Shown: piece after piece, positions 18,276 through 26,941 of the stretch
Position numbering within the stretch: position 1 is the first letter of the stretch
Layout of the letters: each line of letters starts with the position of its first letter
NCBI GenBank assembly: GCA_044359885.1
Contig: JBIKLI010000002.1
Span: forward strand, 1 to 39,159
Direction of reading: 5' to 3'
DNA: 39,159 nucleotides
Origin: Alphaproteobacteria bacterium
GTDB lineage: Bacteria; Pseudomonadota; Alphaproteobacteria; CACIAM-22H2
Notes under the pieces: generated by a model
Databases searched by the model: none
What the model saw: only the letters and a program-made list of their open reading frames with translations
What the model was told of the DNA's origin: nothing
Program-made: the position numbers and the translations under genes

Positions 18276-19673
18276 TCAGGTCGTCGCGGTGCGCAGATGG
18301 AAGGATTTCGGCCGGGTCAGATAGTCGTAGCCCAGGCGCGACAGGGTGCAGCCGCGCCCCGAATCCTTGACGCCGGTCCAGGCCAGCTCGGGATCGAGAT
18401 AGTCGCAGCGGTTCATGAACCAGGTGCCGGTGGCGACGCGATCGCCGATGGCGATCGCCGCGTCGGGATCCGAGGTCCAGATCGCCGCGGTCAGGCCATA
18501 GGCGCTGTCGTTCATCAGCCGCACGGCTTCGTCGTCCGAGGCGACCTTCATGATCCCGATCACCGGCCCGAAGCTCTCCTCGGTCATGACGCGCATGGAA
18601 TGATCGACATCGACGAGCACATGCGGCGCCAGATACGCGGTGCCCGGCGCATCGGCGGCGAAACCCTTCGGGTCGACCAGCGAGCGCGCCCCTGCGGCCA
18701 CGGCTTCGGCGATCTGGTCCCGCACGAAGCTGGCCGCCGCGGCCCGCACCATGGGGCCCAGCGTCGTCGCGGCGTCGCGCGGATCGCCGAGGACGTAGGC
18801 GCGCGTCAGCGCCACGAAGCCGTCGACGAAGCGGTCGTAGACTTCGGCATGCACGTAGATCCGCTCGATGCCGCAGCAGCTCTGGCCCGAATTGAAGAAC
18901 GCGCCGTCGACGAGGTTCTCCACCGCGTGTCCCAGATCGCAGTCCGCGCGGACATAGGCGGGGTCCTTGCCGCCAAGCTCGAGCCCCAGGCCGATGAACC
19001 GCTCCTTCGCCGCGCGCGTCACCGCATGCCCGCCCGGCACCGAACCGGTGAAGGCGACGAAGTCGACGCCGTCGTGGCCGACGAGCGTTTCGGTATCCGC
19101 GTGGCCCAGATGCAGGATCTGGAACACGCCCTCGGGCAGGCCCGCGCGCGCCAGACCGTCCCGGAACGCCTCGGCGACCAGCGGCGTCTGATGCGAATGC
19201 TTGAGGATCACCGCGTTGCCGGCGATCAGCGCCGGCACGATCGCGTTGACCGCCGTCAGGTAGGGGTAGTTCCATGGCGCGATCACGAAGACCACGCCAA
19301 GCGGTTCCTTGCGGATGAAGCGCGTGAAGCCGGGTTTCTGCGCGGCGGGCAGATCGGCCAGCGCCGACGGTGCCAGCTCAACCATCTTGCGCGTGCGCTC
19401 GGCGAGCCCGCCGCCGATCTCGTTGGGGGTGTAGCGGACCGGCCGCCCCATCTGCAGCGTCAGGTCGGCGCCGAGCCGCGCCTTGTCGGCGGTCATGATG
19501 TCGGCGAAGGCGGCGCAGATCGCCATGCGCTGGGCGAGCGGAACGCCCCGCCACTCGGCCTGGGCGCGGCGCGCGGTCTCGACGGCCCGGGCGGCCTGGG
19601 CGGCGGAGGCGAGGGGCCGCTCGGCGACGAGATGGCCGTCGATCGGGGAGAAGCAGCGCAGCATGCCGGTCAT
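18276..19673 (-). CDS. NAD(P)-dependent aldehyde dehydrogenase
   Basis: VIAPWNYP, FTGS, ELGGKDP and catalytic Cys in FNSGQSCCGIER. ATG at 19673 lies 2 nt downstream of the upstream gene's stop. The track ORF start at 19745 would overlap that gene. Confidence 0.9.
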   Translation of the reverse strand: MTGMLRCFSPIDGHLVAERPLASAAQAARAVETARRAQAEWRGVPLAQRMAICAAFADIMTADKARLGADLTLQMGRPVRYTPNEIGGGLAERTRKMVELAPSALADLPAAQKPGFTRFIRKEPLGVVFVIAPWNYPYLTAVNAIVPALIAGNAVILKHSHQTPLVAEAFRDGLARAGLPEGVFQILHLGHADTETLVGHDGVDFVAFTGSVPGGHAVTRAAKERFIGLGLELGGKDPAYVRADCDLGHAVENLVDGAFFNSGQSCCGIERIYVHAEVYDRFVDGFVALTRAYVLGDPRDAATTLGPMVRAAAASFVRDQIAEAVAAGARSLVDPKGFAADAPGTAYLAPHVLVDVDHSMRVMTEESFGPVIGIMKVASDDEAVRLMNDSAYGLTAAIWTSDPDAAIAIGDRVATGTWFMNRCDYLDPELAWTGVKDSGRGCTLSRLGYDYLTRPKSFHLRTATT

Positions 19674-19675
19674 GG

Positions 19676-21046
19676 TCAGATGATCTCGAAATAGCGATCG
19701 AGTTCCCAATCGCTGATGTGCTTGCGGAATTCGCGCTCTTCCCACTCGCGCGTGGCGGCGTAGTGATCGACGAAGGCGTCGCCGAACAGTCCGCGCGCGG
19801 CCTTCGAGCCCCTGAGCCGTCCGGCTGCCTCGGTCAGCGTGCGCGGCAGCTGCAGTCTCGCCGGTCGCTTGATCTCGTAGGCGTTGCCGCGGATCGGTTC
19901 GCCCGGATCGAGATCGTTCTCGATGCCCCAGAGCCCCGATCCGATCGCCGCGGCCAGCGCCAGATAGGGGTTCCCGTCCGCGGCGGCGACGCGGTACTCG
20001 ACGCGCGTCGATTTCGCCGAACCCGGGATGACGCGCAGGGCCGTCGTCCTGTTCTCCACCCCCCAGGCGGCCTGGGTCGGCGCCCAGAAGCCGGGGATGA
20101 GGCGGCGATAGGAATTCACCGTCGGGGCGACCATCGCCAGCATCTCAGGCATCAGCGCCTGCTGGCCGGCGACGAACTGGCGCATGGTGCGCGACATGCG
20201 ATGCGCGCCGGCCTCGTCGTGGAAGGCCGAGACGCCGCGCGCGCGGTCCCAGAGCGACATGTGGATATGCCCACCGCAGCCGGGCCAGTCCTTGGACCAC
20301 TTCGCCATGAAGGTGGCGAGCCATCCGCGCTGCTGTGCGAAGACCTTGACGAAGGTCTTGAACAGGGCTGCCTTGTCGGTCGCGGACAGGGCGTCGTCGA
20401 CGCGCAAGGCAGCCTCGAGCACGCCGGCGCCGGTCTCCGTGTGCAGGCCTTCGAGGCCCATGTCCATGGCCTCGCACTTGTCGAGCAGGTCGCGATACCA
20501 GTCCGCGTGCACGGAGTTGCGCAGCACCGAATAGCCGAAGAAGCCCGGGCTGATCGGCTTGAGGTCGCGATAGCGCTTTTCCCGGATGCTGTGCGGCGTC
20601 TCCTCGAAGACGAAGAACTCGTATTCGAACCCGGCCTTGATGTCGAAGCCGAGCCGGCCGGCGCGCTCGATCACCCGGCGCAGCGTGCCGCGCGGGCAGA
20701 TCGCCTCGGCCGGCGGCGCGAACTCGCAAAGGAAGAAGAGGCCGCCGGGCTCCGACGGCAGGTCGCGGCAGCTTTCGGGAACGATCCTGACCGCGGCGTC
20801 CGGATAGGCCGTATGCCAGCCCGTGTAGGTCACGTTGTCGTAGAGCTGGTCGTTCGAATCCCACCCCAGCACGACGTCGCAGAAGCCGAAGCCGCCGTCG
20901 AGGGCGGAGAAGAACTTGTCGCGGTGCAGATACTTGCCGCGCAGGATGCCGTCGACGTCGTGGACGCCGACCTTGACGTGGGAGAGGTTGCGCTCGCGAA
21001 CGATGATGCGCGCATCCTCGACGGTTCGGACGGCTCTCGGATCCAT
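19676..21046 (-). CDS. glutamine synthetase family protein (gamma-glutamyl-amine ligase type, PuuA/IpuC-like)
   Basis: GS catalytic-domain pattern: EYEFFVF, GLHTETGAGVLE, GCGGHIHMSLW, NSYRRL, ENRTTALRV. ATG at 21046 lies 7 nt after AGGAGG. About 456 aa. Confidence 0.9.
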   Translation of the reverse strand: MDPRAVRTVEDARIIVRERNLSHVKVGVHDVDGILRGKYLHRDKFFSALDGGFGFCDVVLGWDSNDQLYDNVTYTGWHTAYPDAAVRIVPESCRDLPSEPGGLFFLCEFAPPAEAICPRGTLRRVIERAGRLGFDIKAGFEYEFFVFEETPHSIREKRYRDLKPISPGFFGYSVLRNSVHADWYRDLLDKCEAMDMGLEGLHTETGAGVLEAALRVDDALSATDKAALFKTFVKVFAQQRGWLATFMAKWSKDWPGCGGHIHMSLWDRARGVSAFHDEAGAHRMSRTMRQFVAGQQALMPEMLAMVAPTVNSYRRLIPGFWAPTQAAWGVENRTTALRVIPGSAKSTRVEYRVAAADGNPYLALAAAIGSGLWGIENDLDPGEPIRGNAYEIKRPARLQLPRTLTEAAGRLRGSKAARGLFGDAFVDHYAATREWEEREFRKHISDWELDRYFEII

Positions 21047-21138
21047 GGACCCCTCCTGACGCACGCTGGGGTTTTATCCGGAAAGCGACGGGCGCGGAAG
21101 GCTTGGAAACCCCCGCCGCGCGGCTACACTGCGATACC

Positions 21139-22155
21139 ATGAGGAAGAATGTTCCGCCGGCGGCGCGCCGTCCGGCCCCCGGGGCCGCGTCCCTCGGCGA
21201 CGCGATCATGGGGGGCTTCGGCATCCGTGCCGCGGGGGGGGCCGATTTCGCGGCGGTCGAGAAGATGCTGGCGGCGCCGGCCGACCCGGCCGCCATAAGG
21301 CTGTCGCGGCTGCGCGAGCGCGAAAAGGACGAGGAGAGGCTGCGCGGATTGCGGTCGTCGTTGCTGGCTTCGCCCGACGACGCGGGGCTGCTGGAGGCGA
21401 TGGCCCAGTGCCTGCGCCGGCTGGAGCGGAAGGCGGAGGCGCTCGAGGCCTACCGGCGGCTCGAACGCATCGCGCCGGGACGCGCCGACATCGCCCATAT
21501 GGTCGCCGCACTGTCGGGCGACGCGCGGCCGGAGCGCGCGTCGGAGGACTATGTCCGCCAGGAATTCGACGCCTTCGCGGACCAGTTCGACGCGACACTG
21601 ACGAACTGGCTGGATTATCGCGCGCCGCAGCTCGTCGCCGAGGCCGTCCGCGCGGCGCTCGGGGAGCGCGCGGTCACGGCGTCGACGATCGACCTGGGCT
21701 GCGGCACGGGTCTGGCGGCGCCGCTGCTGCGGCCGATGACCCGCCGGCTCGAGGGCGTCGACCTGTCGCCGCGCATGCTCGAGAAGGCGCGCGCGCGCGG
21801 CGGCTACGACGCGCTCCACGAGGGCGAGATCGGAAAGTTCCTGGCGCCGCGTCGCGCGCGCTACACCCTGGCCGTCGCCTGCGACGTGTTCTGCTATTTC
21901 GGCGAGCTGGCGCCGGCCTTCGCGGCGGTCGCGGCGGCCTTGAAGCCGGGCGCGCTGTTCGCCTTCACGGTCGAACGGCACGCGGGCGAGGGCTATGCGC
22001 TGGGCGCCAGCGGCCGCTACGCGCATGGCGACGGTTTCGTGCGCGCGGCGGCGGCCGCAGCCGGTTTCGCGCTTGTCCACGAAGCCGAGGTGGCGCTGCG
22101 CACCGAGATGCACCGGCCGGTGGCCGGCGGTTGCTATCTCTTCCGGCGTCCCTGA
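21139..22155 (+). CDS. class I SAM-dependent methyltransferase with N-terminal TPR-like region (COG4976-like)
   Basis: SAM motif I IDLGCGTGLAAPLL, followed by GVDLSPRMLEKA and VACDVFCYFG. The start is uncertain: TTG 21103, ATG 21139 or ATG 21208. Confidence 0.75.
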   Translation: MRKNVPPAARRPAPGAASLGDAIMGGFGIRAAGGADFAAVEKMLAAPADPAAIRLSRLREREKDEERLRGLRSSLLASPDDAGLLEAMAQCLRRLERKAEALEAYRRLERIAPGRADIAHMVAALSGDARPERASEDYVRQEFDAFADQFDATLTNWLDYRAPQLVAEAVRAALGERAVTASTIDLGCGTGLAAPLLRPMTRRLEGVDLSPRMLEKARARGGYDALHEGEIGKFLAPRRARYTLAVACDVFCYFGELAPAFAAVAAALKPGALFAFTVERHAGEGYALGASGRYAHGDGFVRAAAAAAGFALVHEAEVALRTEMHRPVAGGCYLFRRP

Positions 22156-22721
22156 CGGCGCGACGCGCGGGCGGGCTTCGTCGGCTTGCGTTCCGCGCCG
22201 CGTTCGCGGGCGATCGCCGCCCGGATCAGGTCGGCGGCCTCGGCCGGATCGGCCCAGCGCACGACCGTCACCCACTTGCCCTTCTCCAGATCCTTGTAGT
22301 GCTGGAAGAAATGCGCGATCTGCTCGCACAGGATCTCGGGCAGGTCGCGGAAGGACTTCACCGCGCGGTAGAAGGGATGGAGCTTGTCCACCGGCACCGC
22401 GATGATCTTCTCGTCCTGGCCGGACTCGTCCTTCATCAGCAGCGCCCCGATCGGTCGCGACCGCACGATCGCGCCGGGCACGACCGGGACCTGCCCGACG
22501 ACCAGGACGTCGCAGGGATCGCCGTCGTCCGATCTGGTTCCGGGGATGAACCCGTAATTGCCGGGATAGTACATCGCGGTGTGCAGGAAGCGGTCGACCC
22601 GCAACGCGCCGGAGCGCTTGTCGAGTTCGTACTTCACCGGCACGCCGCCCTGCGGGATCTCGATGACGACGTTGATGTCCCAGGGCGGATCCTCGCCCGG
22701 GGGGATTTCGAGGATGTTCAT
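22134..22721 (-). CDS. ppa: inorganic pyrophosphatase (family I) with a basic C-terminal extension
   Basis: INVVIEIPQGGVPVKYELDK, YPGNYGFIPGT, DGDPCDVLV and KIIAVP. The ATG overlaps the upstream synthetase stop (ATGA), and AGGAG lies 8 nt upstream. Confidence 0.9.
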   Translation of the reverse strand: MNILEIPPGEDPPWDINVVIEIPQGGVPVKYELDKRSGALRVDRFLHTAMYYPGNYGFIPGTRSDDGDPCDVLVVGQVPVVPGAIVRSRPIGALLMKDESGQDEKIIAVPVDKLHPFYRAVKSFRDLPEILCEQIAHFFQHYKDLEKGKWVTVVRWADPAEAADLIRAAIARERGAERKPTKPARASRRQGRRKR

Positions 22722-24355
22722 GGCTCGGCTCCTTTCGCGCCGGCTGCGGCATGGCGGTCGCGCAACACGCGCCGCATCACCTTTCCGGTCGCCGTCAGCG
22801 GCAGCGCATCGACGAATTCGACGATGCGCGGATATTCGTGGGCGGCGAGGCGCGTGCGGACATGGTCCTGGATGGCGCTTGCCAGTGCTGCGTCGCCTTC
22901 GACACCGGGCTTCAGCACGACGCAGGCCTTGACGATCTCGGTGCGGACCGGGTCGGGCACGCCGATCGCCGCCGCCATGGCGACCGCGGGATGGCGCAGC
23001 AGGCAGTCCTCGATCTCCGCCGGGCCGATCCGGTAGCCGGCCGAGGTGATCACGTCGTCGCTGCGTCCCTGGTACCAGAAATACCCGTCGCCATCCCGAC
23101 GTCCGATGTCGCCGGTGCGCAGCCACTCGCCGGCGAACTTGTCGCGTGTCGCGGCAGGGTTGTTCCAGTAGCCGAGGAACATCGCCGGGTCGGGTCGCCG
23201 GATGGCGATCTCGCCGGTGGCCCCGTCGGGCAGCTCGGCACCGGTGGCGTCGATCACCGCGACGCGGTGGCCCGGCACGGCGCGGCCCATGGAGCCCGGG
23301 CGTACGGGCATGAGGTCGGCGTTGTTGGCGACCACCAGATTGCATTCGGTCTGGCCATAGAACTCGTTGATCGTGACGCCGAAGGCCTCGCGGCCCCAGT
23401 CGAGAAGTTCGGCGCCCAGCGTCTCCCCGCCCGAGCCGATCGAGCGCAGCCGAACGTCCCGTGCGGCCGCCGCGCCGGCCTGGCGCATCAGCTTGAGCGC
23501 GGTCGGCGGCAGGAAGACGTTGCGCACGCCGTGCCGCGCCATCAGGCCGAACGCCTCCAGGGGGTCGAATTTCGCGCTGCGCCGCGCCACGACCGGGATG
23601 CCGTGGTGCCATGCCGGCAACAGCACGTCGAACAGGCCGCCGATCCAGGCCCAGTCGGCCGGGGTCCAGAACCGGTCGCCGGGCTGCGGGAAGAAGCGCT
23701 GCGGCAGTTCCACGCCCGGCAGGTGGCCGGGCAGGACGCGATGGGCGTGCAGCGCGCCCTTCGGCTGTCCGGTGGTGCCGGAGGTGTAGATGATGATCGC
23801 CGGGTCCTCGGCGGCGGTGTCGGCGGGCGCGAAATCGTCGCGTGCGGCGTCGCAGGACGCGGCGAAGTCGAGCGTCCCGTCGATCCCCTGGCCGTCGATC
23901 ACCAGGGCGGTGCGCAGCGCGCCCAGCCGGGAACGCAGCGCCGCGACCTTTGGCCAGTTGGCGAGATCGGTCACCAGCAGCCCGGCGCTTGAATCGGCGA
24001 GCCGGTATTCGAGCGCCTCTTCGCCGAACAGCACGAACAGGGGAACGGCGATCGCGCCCAGCTTGTAGGCGGCGACATGGGCGAGCGCGGTCTCGGGCGA
24101 CTGACCGAGCAGGATCGCCACCCGGTCCCCGCGCCGGATCCCGGCGGCGGCGAAGACGTTGGCAAGACGGTTCGACTGCCGCGCGACCCAGCCGAAGCTG
24201 CGGCGCTCGGCGCGGCCATCCGCGTCGACCAGGATCAGGGCGTCGGCATCCGGCCTCTGGCGATCGGCGACGTCGACCCCGATATTGTAGCGCGGCGCGA
24301 TCCCCCACCGGAAACCGGCGGCGAGCGCGGCATGGTCGCTGGCTGGGGTCAGCAG
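22718..24355 (-). CDS. AMP-forming acyl-CoA synthetase/ligase (ANL superfamily); start codon non-canonical or unresolved
   Basis: AMP-binding signature IIYTSGTTGQPKGA, then GQTE, TGDIGRRDGDGYFWYQGRSDDVI and LPLTATGKVMR. The frame is open and coding-like from 24385, but the first ATG/GTG/TTG is GTG 24121. CTG at 24355 lies 9 nt after GGAGG and gives a typical 545-aa length. Confidence 0.85.
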   Translation of the reverse strand: MLTPASDHAALAAGFRWGIAPRYNIGVDVADRQRPDADALILVDADGRAERRSFGWVARQSNRLANVFAAAGIRRGDRVAILLGQSPETALAHVAAYKLGAIAVPLFVLFGEEALEYRLADSSAGLLVTDLANWPKVAALRSRLGALRTALVIDGQGIDGTLDFAASCDAARDDFAPADTAAEDPAIIIYTSGTTGQPKGALHAHRVLPGHLPGVELPQRFFPQPGDRFWTPADWAWIGGLFDVLLPAWHHGIPVVARRSAKFDPLEAFGLMARHGVRNVFLPPTALKLMRQAGAAAARDVRLRSIGSGGETLGAELLDWGREAFGVTINEFYGQTECNLVVANNADLMPVRPGSMGRAVPGHRVAVIDATGAELPDGATGEIAIRRPDPAMFLGYWNNPAATRDKFAGEWLRTGDIGRRDGDGYFWYQGRSDDVITSAGYRIGPAEIEDCLLRHPAVAMAAAIGVPDPVRTEIVKACVVLKPGVEGDAALASAIQDHVRTRLAAHEYPRIVEFVDALPLTATGKVMRRVLRDRHAAAGAKGAEP

Positions 24356-24473
24356 TCTGGGTTCCCTCCGGAAGAGACCGTCATGTTAATGAAGGCGATG
24401 GCGAGCGGGCAAACGTGGCGCGTCGATCCGATGCCCCTGGCGCCGCCCGCCGTCGGTGCCTAACTGATCCCCC

Positions 24474-25184
24474 ATGTCCAAGCTGCCGGCCAAAGCCGTC
24501 TCGACTAAGGTGGCCGCCTTCCTGGCGAAGGCCAAGAGCCTGCCGGCCGTGCGTGCCGGCGGCGGTCCAGGTCGGCTGATCTTCGCGCTGGACGCCACGG
24601 CCTCGCGCGAGCCGATGTGGGAACGGGCCCGGTCGCTGCAGGCCGAGATGTTCCGGGCGGCCAACGAGGTCGGTGAACTGGAGATCCAGCTTGCCTGGTA
24701 CGCCGGCATCGGTTTCTTCGAGGCCACGCCCTTCGTCGCGCGACCCGAGCCTCTGCTGGCGGCGATGCGCAGCGTCGCCTGTGCGCCCGGCGAGACCCAG
24801 ATCGAGCGCGTGCTCGGCCATGCCGCGACCGAGACCCGGCAGCGCAAGGTCGCGGCGCTGGTTTTCGTCGGCGACGCGGTCGAGGAGAGCCTGGACCTGC
24901 TGGCGAAGCGGGCTGGGGCGCTGGGGCTGATGGGCCTTCCGTGCTTCATGTTTCTCGAGGGGAGGGACGAGGTCGCCCGGATCGGGTTCGAACGGATCGC
25001 AAGGCTGAGCGGCGGAGCCTTCGCGCCTTTCGACGCAGCCAGCCCCCAGACCCTGCGCGACCTGCTGTCCGCGGTCGCGACCTACGCGGCGGGCGGGCGG
25101 CCGGCGCTGGAGGATTTCTCCCGTCGCCGCGGCGGTCCGGTGGCGCTGCTGACATCCCAGCTCGGCCGACCAAGGGGGCGCTGA
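24474..25184 (+). CDS. von Willebrand factor A (VWA)-like domain protein, function unknown
   Basis: 236 aa. LIFALDATASREPMW resembles a MIDAS DxSxS element (DxTxS here). Alternating beta-alpha pattern with VFVGDAVEES. No signal peptide. Confidence 0.7.
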   Translation: MSKLPAKAVSTKVAAFLAKAKSLPAVRAGGGPGRLIFALDATASREPMWERARSLQAEMFRAANEVGELEIQLAWYAGIGFFEATPFVARPEPLLAAMRSVACAPGETQIERVLGHAATETRQRKVAALVFVGDAVEESLDLLAKRAGALGLMGLPCFMFLEGRDEVARIGFERIARLSGGAFAPFDAASPQTLRDLLSAVATYAAGGRPALEDFSRRRGGPVALLTSQLGRPRGR

Positions 25185-25891
25185 TGGGTCTGATCTACCT
25201 CCTGATCGGCGGCGCGATCCTGCTTGGGATTCTCGCCGCCGCGCGCTGGTACAGCCGCATGCCGGTCCGGCATGTCGCGGCCGGACTGCGCTGGGCCGCG
25301 ATCGGCGGCGGCGGTCTTGCCGCCCTGTGGCTGATCGCGACCGGACGCATGTTCCAGGTCCTTTTCCTGGTGCTGCCGTTCCTGCCCTTCCTGCAGCGCT
25401 GGTGGCAGCGTCACGTCGCGTCGGCGCCGCCGCCGCCCGGGCAGAGTTCCGACGTCGAGACGGCTTGGCTGCGCATGAGCCTGGATCATCAGAGCGGTGC
25501 CATGGACGGTCTGGTCCTGGCTGGTGCCCAGAAGGGCCGCCGGCTCGCCGAACTCGCGCCCGCGCAGCTCCTCGATCTGCTCGCCGAGCTTCGGGTCGCC
25601 GATCCGGACTCGGCCGCGCTGCTGGAGAGCTATCTCGACGCGCTGCATCCGGATTGGCGCCAGGCGCAGGAGGCCGGACCGGGCGGGCACGCGGCGGCGG
25701 GAGTCGGTGGGGCGGGCGGCCGCATGGATCGCGACGAGGCCGCCCGGATCCTGGGGGTCGCCCTCGATGCGCCACGGGAGGAGATCCTTCGGTCCTGGAG
25801 GGAATTGATGAAGCGCAACCACCCCGACCAGGGCGGGTCGGCCTACCTGGCCGCGCGCATCAACGAGGCCAAGGAGACGCTGCTGGGCTAG
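25184..25891 (+). CDS. membrane-anchored J-domain (DnaJ-like) protein
   Basis: The ATG overlaps the VWA stop (TGATG). Three N-terminal hydrophobic segments: LIYLLIGGAILLGILAAA, AAIGGGGLAALWLIATG, VLFLVLPFLPFL. C-terminal J domain with HPD: EAARILGV...EILRSWRELMKRNHPDQGGSAYLAARINEAKETL. Confidence 0.8.
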   Translation: MGLIYLLIGGAILLGILAAARWYSRMPVRHVAAGLRWAAIGGGGLAALWLIATGRMFQVLFLVLPFLPFLQRWWQRHVASAPPPPGQSSDVETAWLRMSLDHQSGAMDGLVLAGAQKGRRLAELAPAQLLDLLAELRVADPDSAALLESYLDALHPDWRQAQEAGPGGHAAAGVGGAGGRMDRDEAARILGVALDAPREEILRSWRELMKRNHPDQGGSAYLAARINEAKETLLG

Positions 25892-26037
25892 TCCCGACGT
25901 GCGGGGGCCGGGCGCTTGCCGGGGTGGCCGGGCCTGTGGCAAAAGCTGGCCGCCGCGCGGAACAAGCCGTCGCCACGGAACGTTTGAGTGCGGAGTCCCG
26001 AGCGGCTCGTCCCGCTCGCCAGTTGCCGAGAACCTGA

Positions 26038-26907
26038 ATGTCCGTTCGTATCCGCAAGGCGATCTTCCCGGTCGGTGGCCTGGGGACGCGGTTCCTTCCC
26101 GCGACCAAGGCCATGCCGAAGGAAATGCTGCCCGTCGTCGACAAGCCGCTGATCCAGTACGCGGTGGAGGAGGCGCAGGCGGCCGGGATCGAGGAATTCA
26201 TCTTCGTCACCGGGCGCGGCAAGACCGCGATCGAAGACCATTTCGACCATTCCTTCGAGCTTGAAAAGACGCTGGAGGAGCGGGGCAAGACCGCCGAGCT
26301 CGAGGAACTTCGCCGCTGGCTGCCGAAGCCCGGCCGGGTGGCCTATACCCGGCAGATGGCCCCGATGGGGCTGGGGCACGCCGTCTGGTGCGCGCGCGAC
26401 CTGGTCGGCGACGAACCCTTCGCGGTGCTGCTGGCCGACGACCTGATCCTGGCCGATCGATCCTGCCTTGCCCAGATGGTCGACGCCTATCCCGAGGTCC
26501 GCGGCAACGTCATCGCGGTCATGGACGTGCCGCGCGACCACACCAAGCGCTACGGCATCGTCGATCCCGGACGCGACGACGGCAAGCTGGTCCAGGTCAG
26601 GGGCTTGGTCGAGAAACCCGCCCCGGACAAGGCGCCGTCGACCTGTGCCGTGATCGGCCGCTACATCCTGGAGCCGACGGTGTTCCGGCATCTCGGCAAG
26701 GGAACGCGCGGCGCCGGCGGCGAGATCCAGCTGACCGACGCGCTGGCGGCGATGATCGGCGCCGCGCCCTTCCATGGGCTTCGCTTCGCCGGTACGCGCT
26801 TCGATTGCGGCGACAAGGTCGGCTTCTTCGAGGCCAACCTCGCCTTCGCCCTGGCCCGCCCCGACATCGGCGCGGCCGCACGAGCGGCGATGAAGCCCTA
26901 TATCTGA
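26038..26907 (+). CDS. galU: UTP--glucose-1-phosphate uridylyltransferase
   Basis: KAIFPVGGLGTRFLPATKAMPKEMLPVVDKPLIQYAVEEA and VEKP, 289 aa. Canonical GalU. Confidence 0.93.
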   Translation: MSVRIRKAIFPVGGLGTRFLPATKAMPKEMLPVVDKPLIQYAVEEAQAAGIEEFIFVTGRGKTAIEDHFDHSFELEKTLEERGKTAELEELRRWLPKPGRVAYTRQMAPMGLGHAVWCARDLVGDEPFAVLLADDLILADRSCLAQMVDAYPEVRGNVIAVMDVPRDHTKRYGIVDPGRDDGKLVQVRGLVEKPAPDKAPSTCAVIGRYILEPTVFRHLGKGTRGAGGEIQLTDALAAMIGAAPFHGLRFAGTRFDCGDKVGFFEANLAFALARPDIGAAARAAMKPYI

Positions 26908-26941
26908 CGCTTCGACCACAGCCCGCGGGAAGGTCTGCTCC

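Noticed and set aside
24984-24993. GGGTTCGAAC, which resembles a tRNA T-arm motif.
   Set aside because: It lies inside the VWA coding frame, and no acceptor or anticodon stem complementarity is present around it.
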